DNA of 63,291 nucleotides, filler included, from Globobulimina sp. (GCA_003354225.1; 41 parts of 41 records of this genome joined end to end with filler, not necessarily neighbours in it); one strand, 5' to 3'; shown: positions 45,105 to 58,756, counted from the whole stretch's first letter. Program-made: numbers and translations. The notes: generated by a model from the sequence alone, not told the origin.

Positions 45105-48100
45105 TGGTGTGTTATAAGAATACTCCAACGTCATGTCTGGAGTGCATGCGCATATTTCAACATTTTCAAAAGTCTTCACATTAGGGGTCTCCGATATGTG
45201 CTGAATTTTCATTCAGTTTGACAGAGTTTTTCATTTTTTTTAACAATCCTGTCGAACAGGTCTTCGGTTGCTATGCTTCATTCTCATTCAAAGCCAAATT
45301 CTTAATTGTAATGCATTCACCGCAATATCGATCGCGAATTGAAAAGAAAAAAGAAAAATAGGTAGAAAATGAATGTGCTACGTCCCAATTATTGACATGG
45401 AATATCTATGCAAAGTATTTAGACTCGGAATATAATGCTAACCTCAGACTTAACAATGAATTACGAAAAGAATTTTTATTATTTATCTCATTAATTCGTG
45501 AATATTTATATCTGAGACGTTTCGCACAAATCAAGTTTGCTCGGCGGTGTATTTTATACTTCGAGCTATTTATAGAATATATAAAGAAAAGCAGTTAAAA
45601 AAAGGGAACAATATGAAAATAAAGAAATTCATTCAAAAAATACGCAATGAGATCACCAATATTTCAACAAAATCAGCGACAAACAATTCAATACAATGTA
45701 TAATATCGGCTGCAAATTATTGTATTTCTTATCTCCATCGGTTGCCGTCGCAAATAACAAATTAAATAAATGCGATGCACTCAAATTATTCAAGGAACTG
45801 TCGGCCGAAACATGTCAGTTTGACTGCGATTTGATCAAATTGTTTTGTAAAGAAAAGGAAAAAGAAAATATGGAAGAAAAGCATTACAAACTAAACAGAA
45901 AGGAATATGGCAAAGACATTGAATTTAAGGATCCGCTCATTCAACGAAACCAATTATTATTACCAGACAGGACATCGTTGGAAAGGGAGCAATTTGCAAA
46001 AGAAAACGAGGCAGAAACACAAAGCAAAACATTTGCAAACAACACAAACAACAAAAAGAACAAAAAAAAGCAGAAAAAAGTGGCAAAAAATGGCAAATAT
46101 TCGGCAGAATGGATCCGCGAAAAGGCGCAACATATCGCAATGATGAAATTGCAGGTAATTTTCTATAAATTTTGTGTTTGTAAATAATATAAATAACAAA
46201 TTCACAGTTTTGCCATCACGAAAATGCGGATTTAATGGATGTCGAAACATTGACATTGCAAATATTGGAATTGATCCACAACCCGCAATTTTCNNNNNNN
46301 NNNNNNNNNNNNNNNNNNNNNNNNNNNNNNNNNNNNNTTAATTAATTAANNNNNNNNNNNNNNNNNNNNNNNNNNNNNNNNNNNNNNNNNNNNCTGTTCA
46401 TGGCTGTGCCCACGACACTGTCTGTCATTCATTGTTGGATATTTATTGAACACGATATTCAAATCGTATATGAGGAGAGAATGGAAATGAAAAAAGCTGA
46501 TAAGACATGAAATGAAAAGACATTTCACCTCACTCCATCTCTGACATTTTATAAAAGAATTCGTTATTTCGTATATACTTTGTAAGTTTTTTTTAGGATT
46601 TAGTTTTGTTTCAATATGACTCACTGCAGTCACAACTATTGTGTGACTGCAGTGATTATTGCCAAAGAACGTGTTGTGATTTTTGTGCAGCTGTTGGTAT
46701 TTTTATTATGCGATTTTGCCACATTTAATTATAAAGCTTTACAAAACCTGCACAAACAAAACCCCCCACAGTTGTGAAGTTTTGGAAATGTTCGGAACTT
46801 CAATTTTTTTCCCTTTTGTTGAGATGCTTCACAATCGATCTTCAGTCAACGCCATAACCAGCTTCTCCCGTCATCTATGAACCCATTGCACCGATTTTCG
46901 CGACATTTGTCAATCACAAAGAACCAAAGTCATCAAGTACGTATACAATGATATCAGAAATGTATAATCAATATCCATTTAAAAACAGATACGGAAACGT
47001 ATAGTTTGCATGGTAGTTATTTATTTGATGGATTGATTGCAGTTTATAATAAACAATGATAAATTATATGCCATTCACTGATTCGCTGTCCTGTAATGGC
47101 TGCAAATGATATATACAATTGATTGGGACATATTACATATTGGAGCGCAGTATTTATCGCAATGTGTAATGGATGCGAAAGCAAAGGATATTGCCTGTAA
47201 CACAGAAAAGGACAAATCAGAGAAAGCCGTCAAAAATGCCATAAAATTGCTAATCGACGAAAAGATTATTAGTAACAATGAAGTGCAAATAGTATCGTGG
47301 CTACATGGTGGTCGACCAAAAGAGGAGCGGCCATGGGAGGAAGCCGCCCGATTATCCTACATCATCAAGCAATGCAATATGAATTTTGATATGCATATTG
47401 AGAAATTAGTACATGTTTTTCTATTAAACCAAATGTGGCTTCAGATTACCCGGCGAAGCGCAGAAAATAAGCCGTATGTTGGAATCATTTGCCGTTTGTT
47501 ACTGGCAGGCTCGCCGTGAGACTGAGTCTAAATTCAATTGATAACGAAGAGAATAAATTGCATTGGTAATTGGTTTGCAAGAAATTAGGACATAGATAAC
47601 ATACTTATGGAATATGGATATTATATTGGTGTTTAAAAATGATTACATTTTTCCCTTTTTACTTTTTTATTGTGTGTGTCGTGTTTTCTGTGTGTTTATG
47701 TTATTGCTTCCAATTTGTATGTATGCAAAATATAGTCAGACGTATACAAATGGAAAGAGCAATACATAATGATCTGCCTTCTCAGCTGCCGCGAAAATAT
47801 GACAGAATTGTTTAAATACTTATGTTCAACAAATACATANNNNNNNNNNNNNNNNNNNNNNNNNNNNNNNNNNNNNNNNNNNNTTAATTAATTAANNNNN
47901 NNNNNNNNNNNNNNNNNNNNNNNNNNNNNNNNNNNNNNNAACAAAAACAGCAAACATTCCATCCATGCAATCCATGCACACGCCGTATTTATCACAAAAT
48001 ACCACTCCACGGCACAAAAAACCAGAAAGCTGCAGCTAAAGCCCTTCAGCAGTAAACAAAGAGGGTTTTTCAAATGTGCTTCGAACTTAGTTGGTATTTC

Positions 48101-48165
48101 TAATGAAAAAAAAGATAGCACTTTGAAAAGTTTTTCAAAAATTCAGTACCAATCGGAAAGCCTTA

Positions 48166-49385
48166 ATGAATGTGGATAATTTTAACAACGATCCAGCAAC
48201 ATTGGATGAATCAGATTCAAGTTCTCAACCACCACCAGGTCGTCCGGGTGATACCGAAGATTTTTTTGTGCCATGTTACCAAATGGTAGCCGATACGTCA
48301 CAGCCACATTCACCAAATTCTCCAAAGCCAAAAGCACGAATTAAAAATACTACACACGAAGAAAAACCAAACCTTAACTCCTATGCCAACACTAAACCCG
48401 CCAAAAATGGCAATGATGATAAAAAAGAACATCACCATGACAACAATCAAAATCTGTATGTTTTCTGCACAAATTCAGCCGCAAAATCGCAACAACAACA
48501 ATACAAACCCAACACAGCAACCATTCACACAAAAAGAAGAAAACGACCAGTGACAAATACCACGATTCAAACAGCATCAACAGCGACAGCATGACCACGC
48601 CCACTCCCTCCAACAACTCCTACAAAAAAGCCAACAAATTCTATCCCAAACAGTCCTCCATGCAACGCGACTTTAGTCGCGCCACGAAATGGGACATCGT
48701 ATACTTAACCTCCTCCCCGTTGGTATTTGGCAGCGATCCGTACAAACCCTTGGACCAATTGGACATCAGCGGGGAAAGAGACAGCTTCTTCAACACACTC
48801 AAATCCTCCAAGCAGAGACTACGCGTCATCCATAAAACAGGTACGTCCCACCCTAATATCCTCCCGCCGCAAATTCGCAACGTACACCGCCACAGCGACC
48901 ACTTCGAACATCATCGCCGCAGTGACCGGCGGCTGCCGCTGTATCCATTATAGCGGCCACGGCTATCCCTCCTATTTGGCCTTCGAAGACGCGAAGCGCA
49001 TCGGCGAGACGCATTTGGTGCATTACGACCTGATCCGCAAAGTGTGCGAGGACGAGGACCAGCGCATCGAGTTCGTGTTCGCCTCGGCCTGCCACAGCGA
49101 GCACGTCGGCGAAGCCTTCATCGAGGCCGGCATCCAGCACGTGGTCGCCGTCAACACCAAGTTCGAAGTGACCGACGAGGCCGCCGGCATGTTCACCAAG
49201 CACTTTTACAACACCTTGTTGAACGGGCGCACCATCGAGAAGTCCTTCAAAATCGCCAAACACGCGGTGGCGGCCATGCCTTCCTCTGCGCGCTTGGACT
49301 ATGACAAGTTCCTCTTACTGCCGCGCAACGGCGACCACAACGTCAACATCTTCGGCAATCTGTCGCCGGGCGAGCTGGTGGACGA
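48166..49385 (+). CDS. CHAT-domain (caspase-like, clan CD) protease; introns 48456..48517 and 48841..48895; 3' truncated
   Basis: Three exons splice in frame; SSPL...LDISGER, IHYSGHG (His), LAFED, FVFASACHS (Cys), FIEAGIQHVVAV, DEAAGMFTKHFYNTLLNGRTI..SF..A. Confidence 0.88.
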
Positions 49386-49845
49386 NNNNNNNNNNNNNNN
49401 NNNNNNNNNNNNNNNNNNNNNNNNNNNNNTTAATTAATTAANNNNNNNNNNNNNNNNNNNNNNNNNNNNNNNNNNNNNNNNNNNNATAACAAAAAAAATG
49501 AAAATTTAATATTTAAATTGCGAGATTACAAAATAAATTGCCGCAAAAAGGTAGTAACATTCATTAATTAATATTTATAAAAATGTGAAAAAAAGGAATA
49601 AAAAAATGCGAAATGCTATGCATAATACTTAAATAAGTAACAATTTGAACAATAAATAAGTTATAATAATTCATCTTGATTTTAGTTATAACCATATCAT
49701 GAATTAATTTGTGTGTCTGATAAATTAATTTAATATCTTAGCTGTGTAAAAAAGGAAATATGTGTCATGGTCCATATATTTGTTTTTATAACAACCATCA
49801 AACCATAATAAGAATTAAGAGAGATTAATATGTAAAGTTGCTGTG

Positions 49846-50517
49846 TTACGCAAAGAATACATTCATAGCAATGGCAAACACAATAATAACAATACAAAAT
49901 CCGATGGCCCACTTCATGTATCTCCTACATTGACGATTATAAATTTCCGCCAATTCATAATCACCGCGTGAATGAGCTCTGTTAGCTTCAGAGGCTTTGC
50001 ACATTGCCAATCTATACAGCAATATATATATATATAACAATGTGTTTTTGTGTGTTGTCAGAAAGTCACAAATAATATATACACAATGCACATACAATCC
50101 TAAAATGGGAAAGAAAAAGAATGTGATAAAAGCGAGGCAAAATAGGTCCTGATGTGGTGGGACGCAGATAATGTTATTGTTGTTATTGCATTTATTATCT
50201 AGACTGGGATATGATATGTTAGCTATATGCGGTGGTTGTGGTGGGATGATAAGTATTTGCTGCTGTAATAGCTGTGAGTTATATTGCGGTGGGTGCTGAA
50301 TGAGTGGCTGCTTGTAAGTGGTATTATCGTTTGGAGATTGCTGTGCATATTGAGATATTAATTGGCGTCGTGGTATAAATTGTGGGTATTCAATGTATTC
50401 ATTTTGGTGCAAATATGGAGTTGAACCATCATCAGGTTGTGGAATAGCGTATGCTGGAGGAGCTATATTTTCATTACCAGACTCATATGCTATTGTTGGA
50501 CTATTATGACCTTCCAT
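49846..50517 (-). CDS. CD225/dispanin (IFITM/PRRT-like) membrane protein; intron 50012..50095
   Basis: Pro/Gln/Tyr-rich N-terminus; PHQDLFCLAFITFFFFPILG|LLAMCKASEANRAHSRGDYELAEIYNRQCRRYMKWAIGF + TM. Confidence 0.8.
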   Translation of the reverse strand: MEGHNSPTIAYESGNENIAPPAYAIPQPDDGSTPYLHQNEYIEYPQFIPRRQLISQYAQQSPNDNTTYKQPLIQHPPQYNSQLLQQQILIIPPQPPHIANISYPSLDNKCNNNNNIICVPPHQDLFCLAFITFFFFPILGLYVHCVYIICDFLTTHKNTLLYIYILLYRLAMCKASEANRAHSRGDYELAEIYNRQCRRYMKWAIGFCIVIIVFAIAMNVFFA

Positions 50518-51703
50518 GCTCTGAGTAGTAATATAAGAGTAGTTTGCCAAAGGTTTTTATACAAATTATATTAGTACTACTGGCCTAGCATGAAACTACA
50601 CAGTGGGGACATATTTGTTTTTGAACAATTGTATTATATAAACCACTTCTTTTTTATTTCAATTTCTATACCATTCACAATTTTATTTATTGAATCTTTT
50701 AATTTACATTTTCCAGCCAACACTGAACTTAATGTCTTCACCAAATTTCGATCCAAACTCTCAAAATGTATTCCCAATTCATCCTCCAATCCATCCGCCA
50801 TAATCTCACGAACTCTCAATCTCCAGCCAAATTTACGAAATTCATCCACATATATTTTAATATCGTTTTCCATTTTTTCTTTCAAATATTTGTATTTCCC
50901 AACCATATGAACCATTATTTCTTTTAAAGGCNNNNNNNNNNNNNNNNNNNNNNNNNNNNNNNNNNNNNNNNNNNNTTAATTAATTAANNNNNNNNNNNNN
51001 NNNNNNNNNNNNNNNNNNNNNNNNNNNNNNNCTTCAGTGTTGTGCGTGTATGTCAATCCTTTATTTTCTTCTGTCATTTTGTAACGTTTTTTTTTTCAGT
51101 AATTACGTATTTTTAGATAATTAATGCACGGTGATTTGCTATTAATAGTATAACGGATTATGAAACAAAAAACAGACAAAACACCAGCTGCGAAGTGATT
51201 CTATTTTGTTTGTTTTTATTCCTCTTTATATATTCCTCTTTATATAACACAATAAAACAAAAAGAATTTAACATACGCAAGTTTGTAAAATCATTTTGAT
51301 TGAATAATTCAATAGGTTTGCAAGGAACACTACTGTAAGAGGAAGAATTTCAAACGTATGACCAAAAAAGTATGGACGAACTTTACCAGGTAAATCTGAG
51401 TTGCGTACCTTCGCAAGAACTGTCACCACCACACTCAATAGAAGCGACATCATCTCTGCTACCACGGACTACGATATCTTGCACAAAGTACGCAGGTAAA
51501 TCACCATTGGCACGCAGGTAAATTGATTCACATAAACAACAATCAAAATTAGACTCACATTCTACTTTATTCCTAGCGGATATATAATCCCAGGGTGCAC
51601 TTGTGTGATGTAAATGTTGTTGATTTTTGATTCGAAAAACTTCCAAGTTACAAGTCTTTTAATCATTCTTCGAACCACTTATATATCACATTATTATTAA
51701 ATT

Positions 51704-52366
51704 ATGTCTGAACAAAAGCAGAACACCGCAACCAACATCCACAAAAATCTAAGCGATCCCGCATTTCGCGAAGAATATAAAGAATTTTGCAAAAAGGGCG
51801 CACTTAAAAAAAGTCGCGAATTGAACAAATCCAAATCTTGGTGTCACAAAGAATCGTGTTTAAAATGTAAAATAGCACCGTTATTACGCAAACATTTTCA
51901 AATTCCGACTGAATTAATTGAGTTCTGTTCCTGTTCCAGTACCAAACGATTAATCTCTTTGCAATATCGCAAAATATGTCGCATCTCATTGCTGGACAGT
52001 TTATCCTCATATTCCTACAAATTAAAACAGGCGAAATTGGCCAATTTCTGCATGACTGTGGATGGCATTGATTATAAAATCGATATTTTGAAATTGAAAG
52101 CCGGCGCCATCAAAAGATACACGCAGCCCGGCACTGAGAACGGCTTGATTGGCACCGCCGTATTCCACAAAACCTCGATATTCTGGAAACTGAATGCAAC
52201 CTATTTCCTCGAATTCAGATTAAAATCCAAGCACAGCGCGTCCTTATTACACATCGACGCGCGGCGGAAGAGCGGCGATGTGGCTTCCTGGTGGTTCCAG
52301 AACTGGGCCATTTACGGCTTGATGCAACATGACGTTTTAAGAACCGAGCCCAGTGCTACAAATTAG
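51704..52366 (+). CDS. Hypothetical protein; C-terminus weakly KA1-like
   Basis: 220-aa ORF; LLHIDARRKSGDVASW resembles the KA1 R..GD motif. Confidence 0.4.
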   Translation: MSEQKQNTATNIHKNLSDPAFREEYKEFCKKGALKKSRELNKSKSWCHKESCLKCKIAPLLRKHFQIPTELIEFCSCSSTKRLISLQYRKICRISLLDSLSSYSYKLKQAKLANFCMTVDGIDYKIDILKLKAGAIKRYTQPGTENGLIGTAVFHKTSIFWKLNATYFLEFRLKSKHSASLLHIDARRKSGDVASWWFQNWAIYGLMQHDVLRTEPSATN

Positions 52367-53561
52367 CACTCAGGTCATTTGATTTGTTTGTGAGTGAGTG
52401 CATATTTAACACGACCATATTACAAACTGCAATCGGATGCTCTTAGGCTCACTGAAAACTGCAATATCGGCACCCGNNNNNNNNNNNNNNNNNNNNNNNN
52501 NNNNNNNNNNNNNNNNNNNNTTAATTAATTAANNNNNNNNNNNNNNNNNNNNNNNNNNNNNNNNNNNNNNNNNNNNAACCTTAAAGTAGAGCGTCTGTCT
52601 TTGTACCAATTGTGCTGTAAATACCATTAATTTGCAAACACAATATGGACAAATAGAAACAATATACGGTCATATGACAACGCTATACTGTCAGACAGAA
52701 ACAATATAGGGTCAAATGGAAACAGTATTTGTAGACTTGTACATACAACAGTATATTGTTTCAGTTGTACATACAACTTTGTTTTAGATTTATTGGATGG
52801 CTCCGAAATTTCTTGCCATATTGAGACTGTTTCATTTAAATTAATGCAACCTTATAAGTTGTAAACAAATCAAAAGAAATTACATGATTTTAATCTGTCT
52901 CAAGTGCCAGGATACATTGATTGAACGATATATCCCATTAAATAACAAACCCCTTTAGGGCGAATGGGCGATAAGTTGTATACATTTTATACAGAAATTA
53001 TACTTTTTATAGTTTTGTCTTGGTAATTTGTTCTGGGTTTGTTATAACTTCTTGAACATGTCGTTTATTTGTCCAAATTAATGATATCTTTAGTAATTGT
53101 TGGAAGTAACAGTTTTTTGCTTTAAGTAACATTTGCACAGTATCTACAATGCATGAAGTAACAGTTGAACTTATTCAGAGAGTGCATGCTGCTGCTGTTC
53201 ATTATTATTACTGATATCATTATCATACCACGCATTAAAGAGATATCAAACAATGCACAAAGCAGATTCAATCATATTGTCATTTTGTGTACGTAGGATA
53301 GGAGACTCGTAGCGTTCAATCAATATTGTCATTTTCATCGCTGATGAGTCGGTCGCACCAAACAAATGCACTTTTATTGTGCTATCCACATAATGGGGCA
53401 GTAATAGTTCGCACCGATTATATCGCACTTTTGAGTCAGAACAGAGTGGTTCTAGAGCCCTCACAACATTATTCCGCACTATTTTATCCTCACCAACACT
53501 ACGCAGCAGCATAAAAAACAAAAATTAGAAAAATAACAAAATAATGTTGTTGACTCTATAA

Positions 53562-54021
53562 TTATTTGATAGTATATGATAAAATCTCTATTGATCCATT
53601 ACTCACAAAATAACCACCCATAGATACAGCAACATAATATTTTCCTTTCTTAATCTTTGACAAAACACCCAAACTTTGTCCGTTTTTATAAAAAGATATT
53701 TGCAAATTATTAAAATCCAAATAAAGAATAATAATATCATTTGAACCATAGCTAACTCCATATTGTTGCACTTCAAATTCATGGCTCACTTTATTTCCAT
53801 CATCACGGTATCCATAATTGTATGAATCTTTACCTTTACCAAAACACCGGCTATTTCCATGCTTTGTGGCCGATGAAATACCAATCGATATATCACAATA
53901 ACTTCTATTTATTATTTTAAATTTAATTTCATGGATTCCAGCACCTGATAACAATGAGGAATATGCTGTATTCCATCCTCCTCCATTAAATGTAACTGTC
54001 TTTCCATTTATTTTCATTTTC
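53562..54021 (-). CDS. SPRY/B30.2 domain protein, C-terminal
   Basis: GIHEIKFKI, ISIGIS, YGVSYGSNDIIILYLDFNNLQISFYKNGQSLG, YYVAVSM. Confidence 0.88.
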
Positions 54022-54121
54022 NNNNNNNNNNNNNNNNNNNNNNNNNNNNNNNNNNNNNNNNNNNNTTAATTAATTAANNNNNNNNNNNNNNNNNNNNNNN
54101 NNNNNNNNNNNNNNNNNNNNN

Positions 54122-54660
54122 AAATGTGTTTTTCTATTTTCATGATTTACCCAGCAATGGAAATGGGTGGCAGTTCTACCAGTTTTTTACCAGACGATAA
54201 AACAAAATTTTTAGCAGATGCTACAGCATTGGGATATATTGATGAAGAGACGGAGGAATATGATGTTACGGTTGAAGGCGCATTGCAATTTTATAATGAA
54301 TTTCAATCATTTTATCGAAGGCTTGTTGATTGCCCTCCCATTACGGGCGAATTACCCGAAACAATTTTAATTCCCTCTGGTTTTGAAGAGTATGAAATGG
54401 AAAATAATTTTGGCTGTGGAGCTCCGTCAACATCTGGTATATCGTCAACATCCACTGGAGATATTGCGGAATCGTCAACATCTGGTTTTGAATGGGATTC
54501 GTGGTATGTTTATACCGTTGCTGCTGCGATTGGTGTATTGTTAATTGGATTAATTGTTTATTTTTCATGTAAAGCCAATCGAACAAAGGAAAATGAGCAA
54601 AATGAAATATTTATGGTAGAAACTAGTAAAAATGATGAATATGGCTCCACCAAACAATAA
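54122..54660 (+). CDS. Type I membrane protein C-terminal fragment (possible DOMON/monooxygenase-type tail)
   Basis: EMCF-like start (MCFSIFMIYPA), S/T linker, TM WYVYTVAAAIGVLLIGLIVYF, YGST tail. Confidence 0.45.
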
Positions 54661-54868
54661 TAAAAATGTGGGTGCAAATAACTGTTTACTATAAAATAAA
54701 TAAATAAAATAAATCGTGCTTGCTCGAAACTCGGGGAATATATATTTTATATAGTCGTGGTGAAATATCCCCGGTCACTGGGATTCAAAAAGTCCGAATG
54801 TTAATATTTTGAAAAGATTTGTTTAAGAGATTTTTCAGCTCGAACAATAGCGCAAAAGTTTACTTAAC

Positions 54869-55552
54869 ATGTCACTCCAAACACAATTAAATCAATCAGG
54901 AACAAATGTAGTTTCTGTTCCACAATCATCAGCATCAATAAATGCCGTGGATGAAGATATCGACATTTCAAATATGATCGATGAAATGCAAGACATATTG
55001 GATGCGGCATTAGATCCGGAAGTTTTTAGTGACGAAAGTGACAATAACCACAGCGTTGAATCAGTTGATAGCCTACAAAATAGATTGCATAACAAACAAA
55101 CAAAATTATCTTCATTAATACATCAAATCACAAATGCAAACGATGTCAACGACATCGAACCAATAATAAACCATTTAAACGTTTTTGACGATATCAAGCA
55201 ATTATTACTCAATAAAATAAATGAATTACCGTTATACGACGAAACAAAACAAAGCAAAGATAACATATACAAACCAAAAGATAACATATTCGAATTTGAA
55301 CAGTTGCAACCTCAAATCGATGAGGATGATGATAACGAATCAATGGATGCAACTGATGACGTATACACATTATTATTTAGGCGGACGTTTTCAATCAACA
55401 ATCTCTACTATGAATGTACAGAAATAAATAAAATCTTTAATGATGACATATTGCGCAATATAATAATATATTTATCCAAATGTTCCATGTATCGAAAGAT
55501 ACCAATATTGTCCACTCATTTTATGCATTTAATGAAACACAGCCCCTATTGA
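54869..55552 (+). CDS. Acidic hypothetical protein ending in an F-box-like motif
   Basis: INKIFNDDILRNIIIYL...IPILSTHF. Confidence 0.45.
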   Translation: MSLQTQLNQSGTNVVSVPQSSASINAVDEDIDISNMIDEMQDILDAALDPEVFSDESDNNHSVESVDSLQNRLHNKQTKLSSLIHQITNANDVNDIEPIINHLNVFDDIKQLLLNKINELPLYDETKQSKDNIYKPKDNIFEFEQLQPQIDEDDDNESMDATDDVYTLLFRRTFSINNLYYECTEINKIFNDDILRNIIIYLSKCSMYRKIPILSTHFMHLMKHSPY

Positions 55553-57412
55553 AACAAACAATAAGTNNNNNNNNNNNNNNNNNNNNNNNNNNNNNNNNNN
55601 NNNNNNNNNNTTAATTAATTAANNNNNNNNNNNNNNNNNNNNNNNNNNNNNNNNNNNNNNNNNNNNGAACCGCGGATCCCATTCAAAACAAAATGGGAAA
55701 ACTGGGAGAAAAGTGAATTAGTAGAAGCGAGTGAAGACGGCGAGTATATTCCCTTTGCATCGATGTTCTGATATATTATGTTGTTATTAGTCGTGTTATT
55801 GTTTATATTATGGGCGTTTAATTATGGTTTGTTTACATTGTTGTTTATATCTTGGGGGGTTTTGGCTGAATTTGTTTAGCTTATTTTAAACATTATTATT
55901 AGTTGACGCCCCCCTTTGGTATGACTGTCAAGTGTTTGTTATCATTGTCAAGTGTTTCATTATATTTTCATTGTTGTTTATGGTATTATTTCAACGTTGG
56001 TTTCGGACTTTTATTTATTTTTTGTTGAAATAATTATATATTTAATTAGAATCACTTTTTTATATGATTCAATAGTGTCTGTGTTTTGTTTCTTTTATTT
56101 TACAATATTTCACGTGTGTTTATCTTTGGTGTGTTTCTTGTTTTGAGTGTTGTAGTTTTTTGTGATTGAAAAATCAAATAACTTTCAATTAAACACTTTG
56201 ACAATGGCTTCTTTACGATAGCCGAAAGCTCAGTGATATCATTCGTTTTAAGATTCAACTATTTCTCACTATAATCTTGTTTAAATCTATTACAATATAA
56301 AACAAAAGAAAATTAATATATACAGAAACATTGAAAATTAATATATACAGATACAGAGCGATTACATTCGGATTTGCGATATATTTAAATATTGTCCATT
56401 GTCCATTGTCCATTGATCGATTCGATTCGATATTTTATTGTAAAAAATGTAATATTTTATTTGATGGATCGAGTCGAGTCGAGTTCGAGAGTCAGTGTTT
56501 GTGCATTGCAGCAATTACTGAATTTAATTAATTCTCATATTAAATATTTGCAATTGATTCATTATAAAATGTATTATAAATTATTATAATTGGATGATAT
56601 CGATATCGATCTGATTGCAATCGGTATTATAAACAGAATGATGGATGCGATTAGAGGCAGTAATATATGATGTATGATATATGAATGCGTACGTTGTGTA
56701 GCAGAACAACAATAAAATGTTCATCATGAATTCAAGTGGCTCCATTCTTCATTGTTAAATACAGGATCGATCCGATCGACTCGCAAAGTTGCAGTTGAGG
56801 TGCCATGCTGGATGATGGATGCATGATGTTTTCTTGTGACTGACTGACTGACTGCATTTTGTTCAACATTTTTAATTTAAACAAAATGAATTAAACCATG
56901 AGCATTTTGCAGTAAATTGAATCATGCATAAATATACGTCAATATCATGCAGTTTGAAACAAGAAGAAAGCTTCAAGTGGTATTAACTTGAGACAAACAT
57001 ATTTGGATTGGTTTGCGCCAACAACAATCCAAAATTATTATTTACATTTCTTTCCAAATATGCAATATTAAGACACTCGGTAGTTATCATCTTACTTTCT
57101 TCTTTTTTTTTNNNNNNNNNNNNNNNNNNNNNNNNNNNNNNNNNNNNNNNNNNNNTTAATTAATTAANNNNNNNNNNNNNNNNNNNNNNNNNNNNNNNNN
57201 NNNNNNNNNNNGCCTTGAAAACAACTGTTTTAAGTTTGTTATTTATATGTACCAAAACCTATAACAAAATCACTTAGAAAGTTAAAATTGCAATTACCTA
57301 ATCAGGAAAATTGCAGAATACAAAATGACACTTTTTCCGATTTCGTTTGGTTTATAACCTTGACTTTGAGTTTGAGTTTGAGTTTTTGGCCTTTTGCCAG
57401 TTATCACAAATA

Positions 57413-58656
57413 ATGACAGCGCTAAAACTCTGCACATACATATTGGTATTGCTCATGATGTACGTAGCGAGTGCAGATAAACTAAAATATGCAGCGCAAA
57501 CAAAACCAACCATTGGAGCAACAAAACTATCATATATTTTAGATTTTTATCCCGTGCAAACGCAACTGTCATTTTGGATGCATGTTTCGATGATATTCCG
57601 AGATGACAGGACAGAAAGTGAGCCTATCAACAAATGGTATTTATTAAGCAACCTTGCAAGGAATGTATGTAAAGGAAAGATATTAACATTCCAAATCGTT
57701 GATTTGTTGACAAGAATTAGAAAACAATTAGGTTCAGATATTGTCACCGCAACAATTCGAATAAAAGTAAAATATCATTCTCCATCAACTACGAAGTCCT
57801 ATATTTCAGATTTTGTTAATATTAACGCTGCCGCAGTCGAAACACCACGTTTGGGGACAGCAAAACAAGTGATATTACCAAAAAGGGATCAATATACAGC
57901 CACAAAGCGCCGATCAACACCGCAAAGGGTAGTAAGTGATCCTCCATTAAGACCACAGAGACTACCAATGCCGCAAAGACAACAAAGACCACAAATTCCA
58001 GTTATACCACAAAGACAAATACCGCAAGAAGTGACCAGGAGCGCAGGGCGCAGACCAAATTATTCATTGCGTGGATTTCATGCAGTACCGGCACCAACGA
58101 ACACAGTCAACACAGCAGTACCAATTACAACATTACATAATGCAACAAATGATTCAGGCATATATAGTGTTGATGATATTGAAAGAGAGTGGAAATCATC
58201 ACACATTGATACAGATAGTAAAGTCATGGTTTCATCAACTACATTAATTCCGACTCGTGCACATAACACACGCGATATATACACTACACGCTTTACACAT
58301 ACACAACAACCAAATCTATCAAAACCAGAAACGCAAAATATATCATCACCGGTTTCATTTAGTACGTCAGAATCAAGCTTGGTAACTATGCAAAATGTAA
58401 CAGCGTCATATTCATCCACAGATAAAGAAAATGTAACATCCGATAAAAGCGAAGATCCATTGTTGTTGCCAAAAATAGAGAATGCGAATGTATTAGACAC
58501 GCCTGTTAATATTAATAATAACACAGCATCTCCAACAAATACAGAAATGGTGATATCTGAGAGTAGCGGAAATCCATTGTTAGAACACTTAGAATTAACA
58601 ACATCAAAACCTGTAGATTCACCGATTGAGAATGTATTAGAAACGCCTGTTAATAT
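57413..58656 (+). CDS. Secreted protein with Pro/Gln/Arg and Ser/Thr low-complexity regions (partial)
   Basis: Signal peptide MTALKLCTYILVLLMMYVASA; PQR repeats; repeated IEN..VL(D/E)TPVN. Confidence 0.6.
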
Positions 58657-58756
58657 NNNNNNNNNNNNNNNNNNNNNNNNNNNNNNNNNNNNNNNNNNNN
58701 TTAATTAATTAANNNNNNNNNNNNNNNNNNNNNNNNNNNNNNNNNNNNNNNNNNNN

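Noticed and set aside
46621-46655. 14-bp hairpin TCACTGCAGTCACA..TGTGACTGCAGTGA and a 14-bp IR at 11230..11243 / 11304..11317
   Set aside because: Real but isolated; insufficient evidence for an RNA gene or shared element family.
45392-47839. Short ORFs 45696..46187 and 47106..47519
   Set aside because: Possibly real exons, but no recognisable motifs to support a call.
48853-49263. Antisense ORF (likewise 1625..2005, 34773..35120, 58078..58524)
   Set aside because: Shadow frames of well-supported genes on the opposite strand.
53341-53370. CTGATGAG hammerhead-ribozyme-like core
   Set aside because: No stem II closed by GAAA and no matching stems I/III found.
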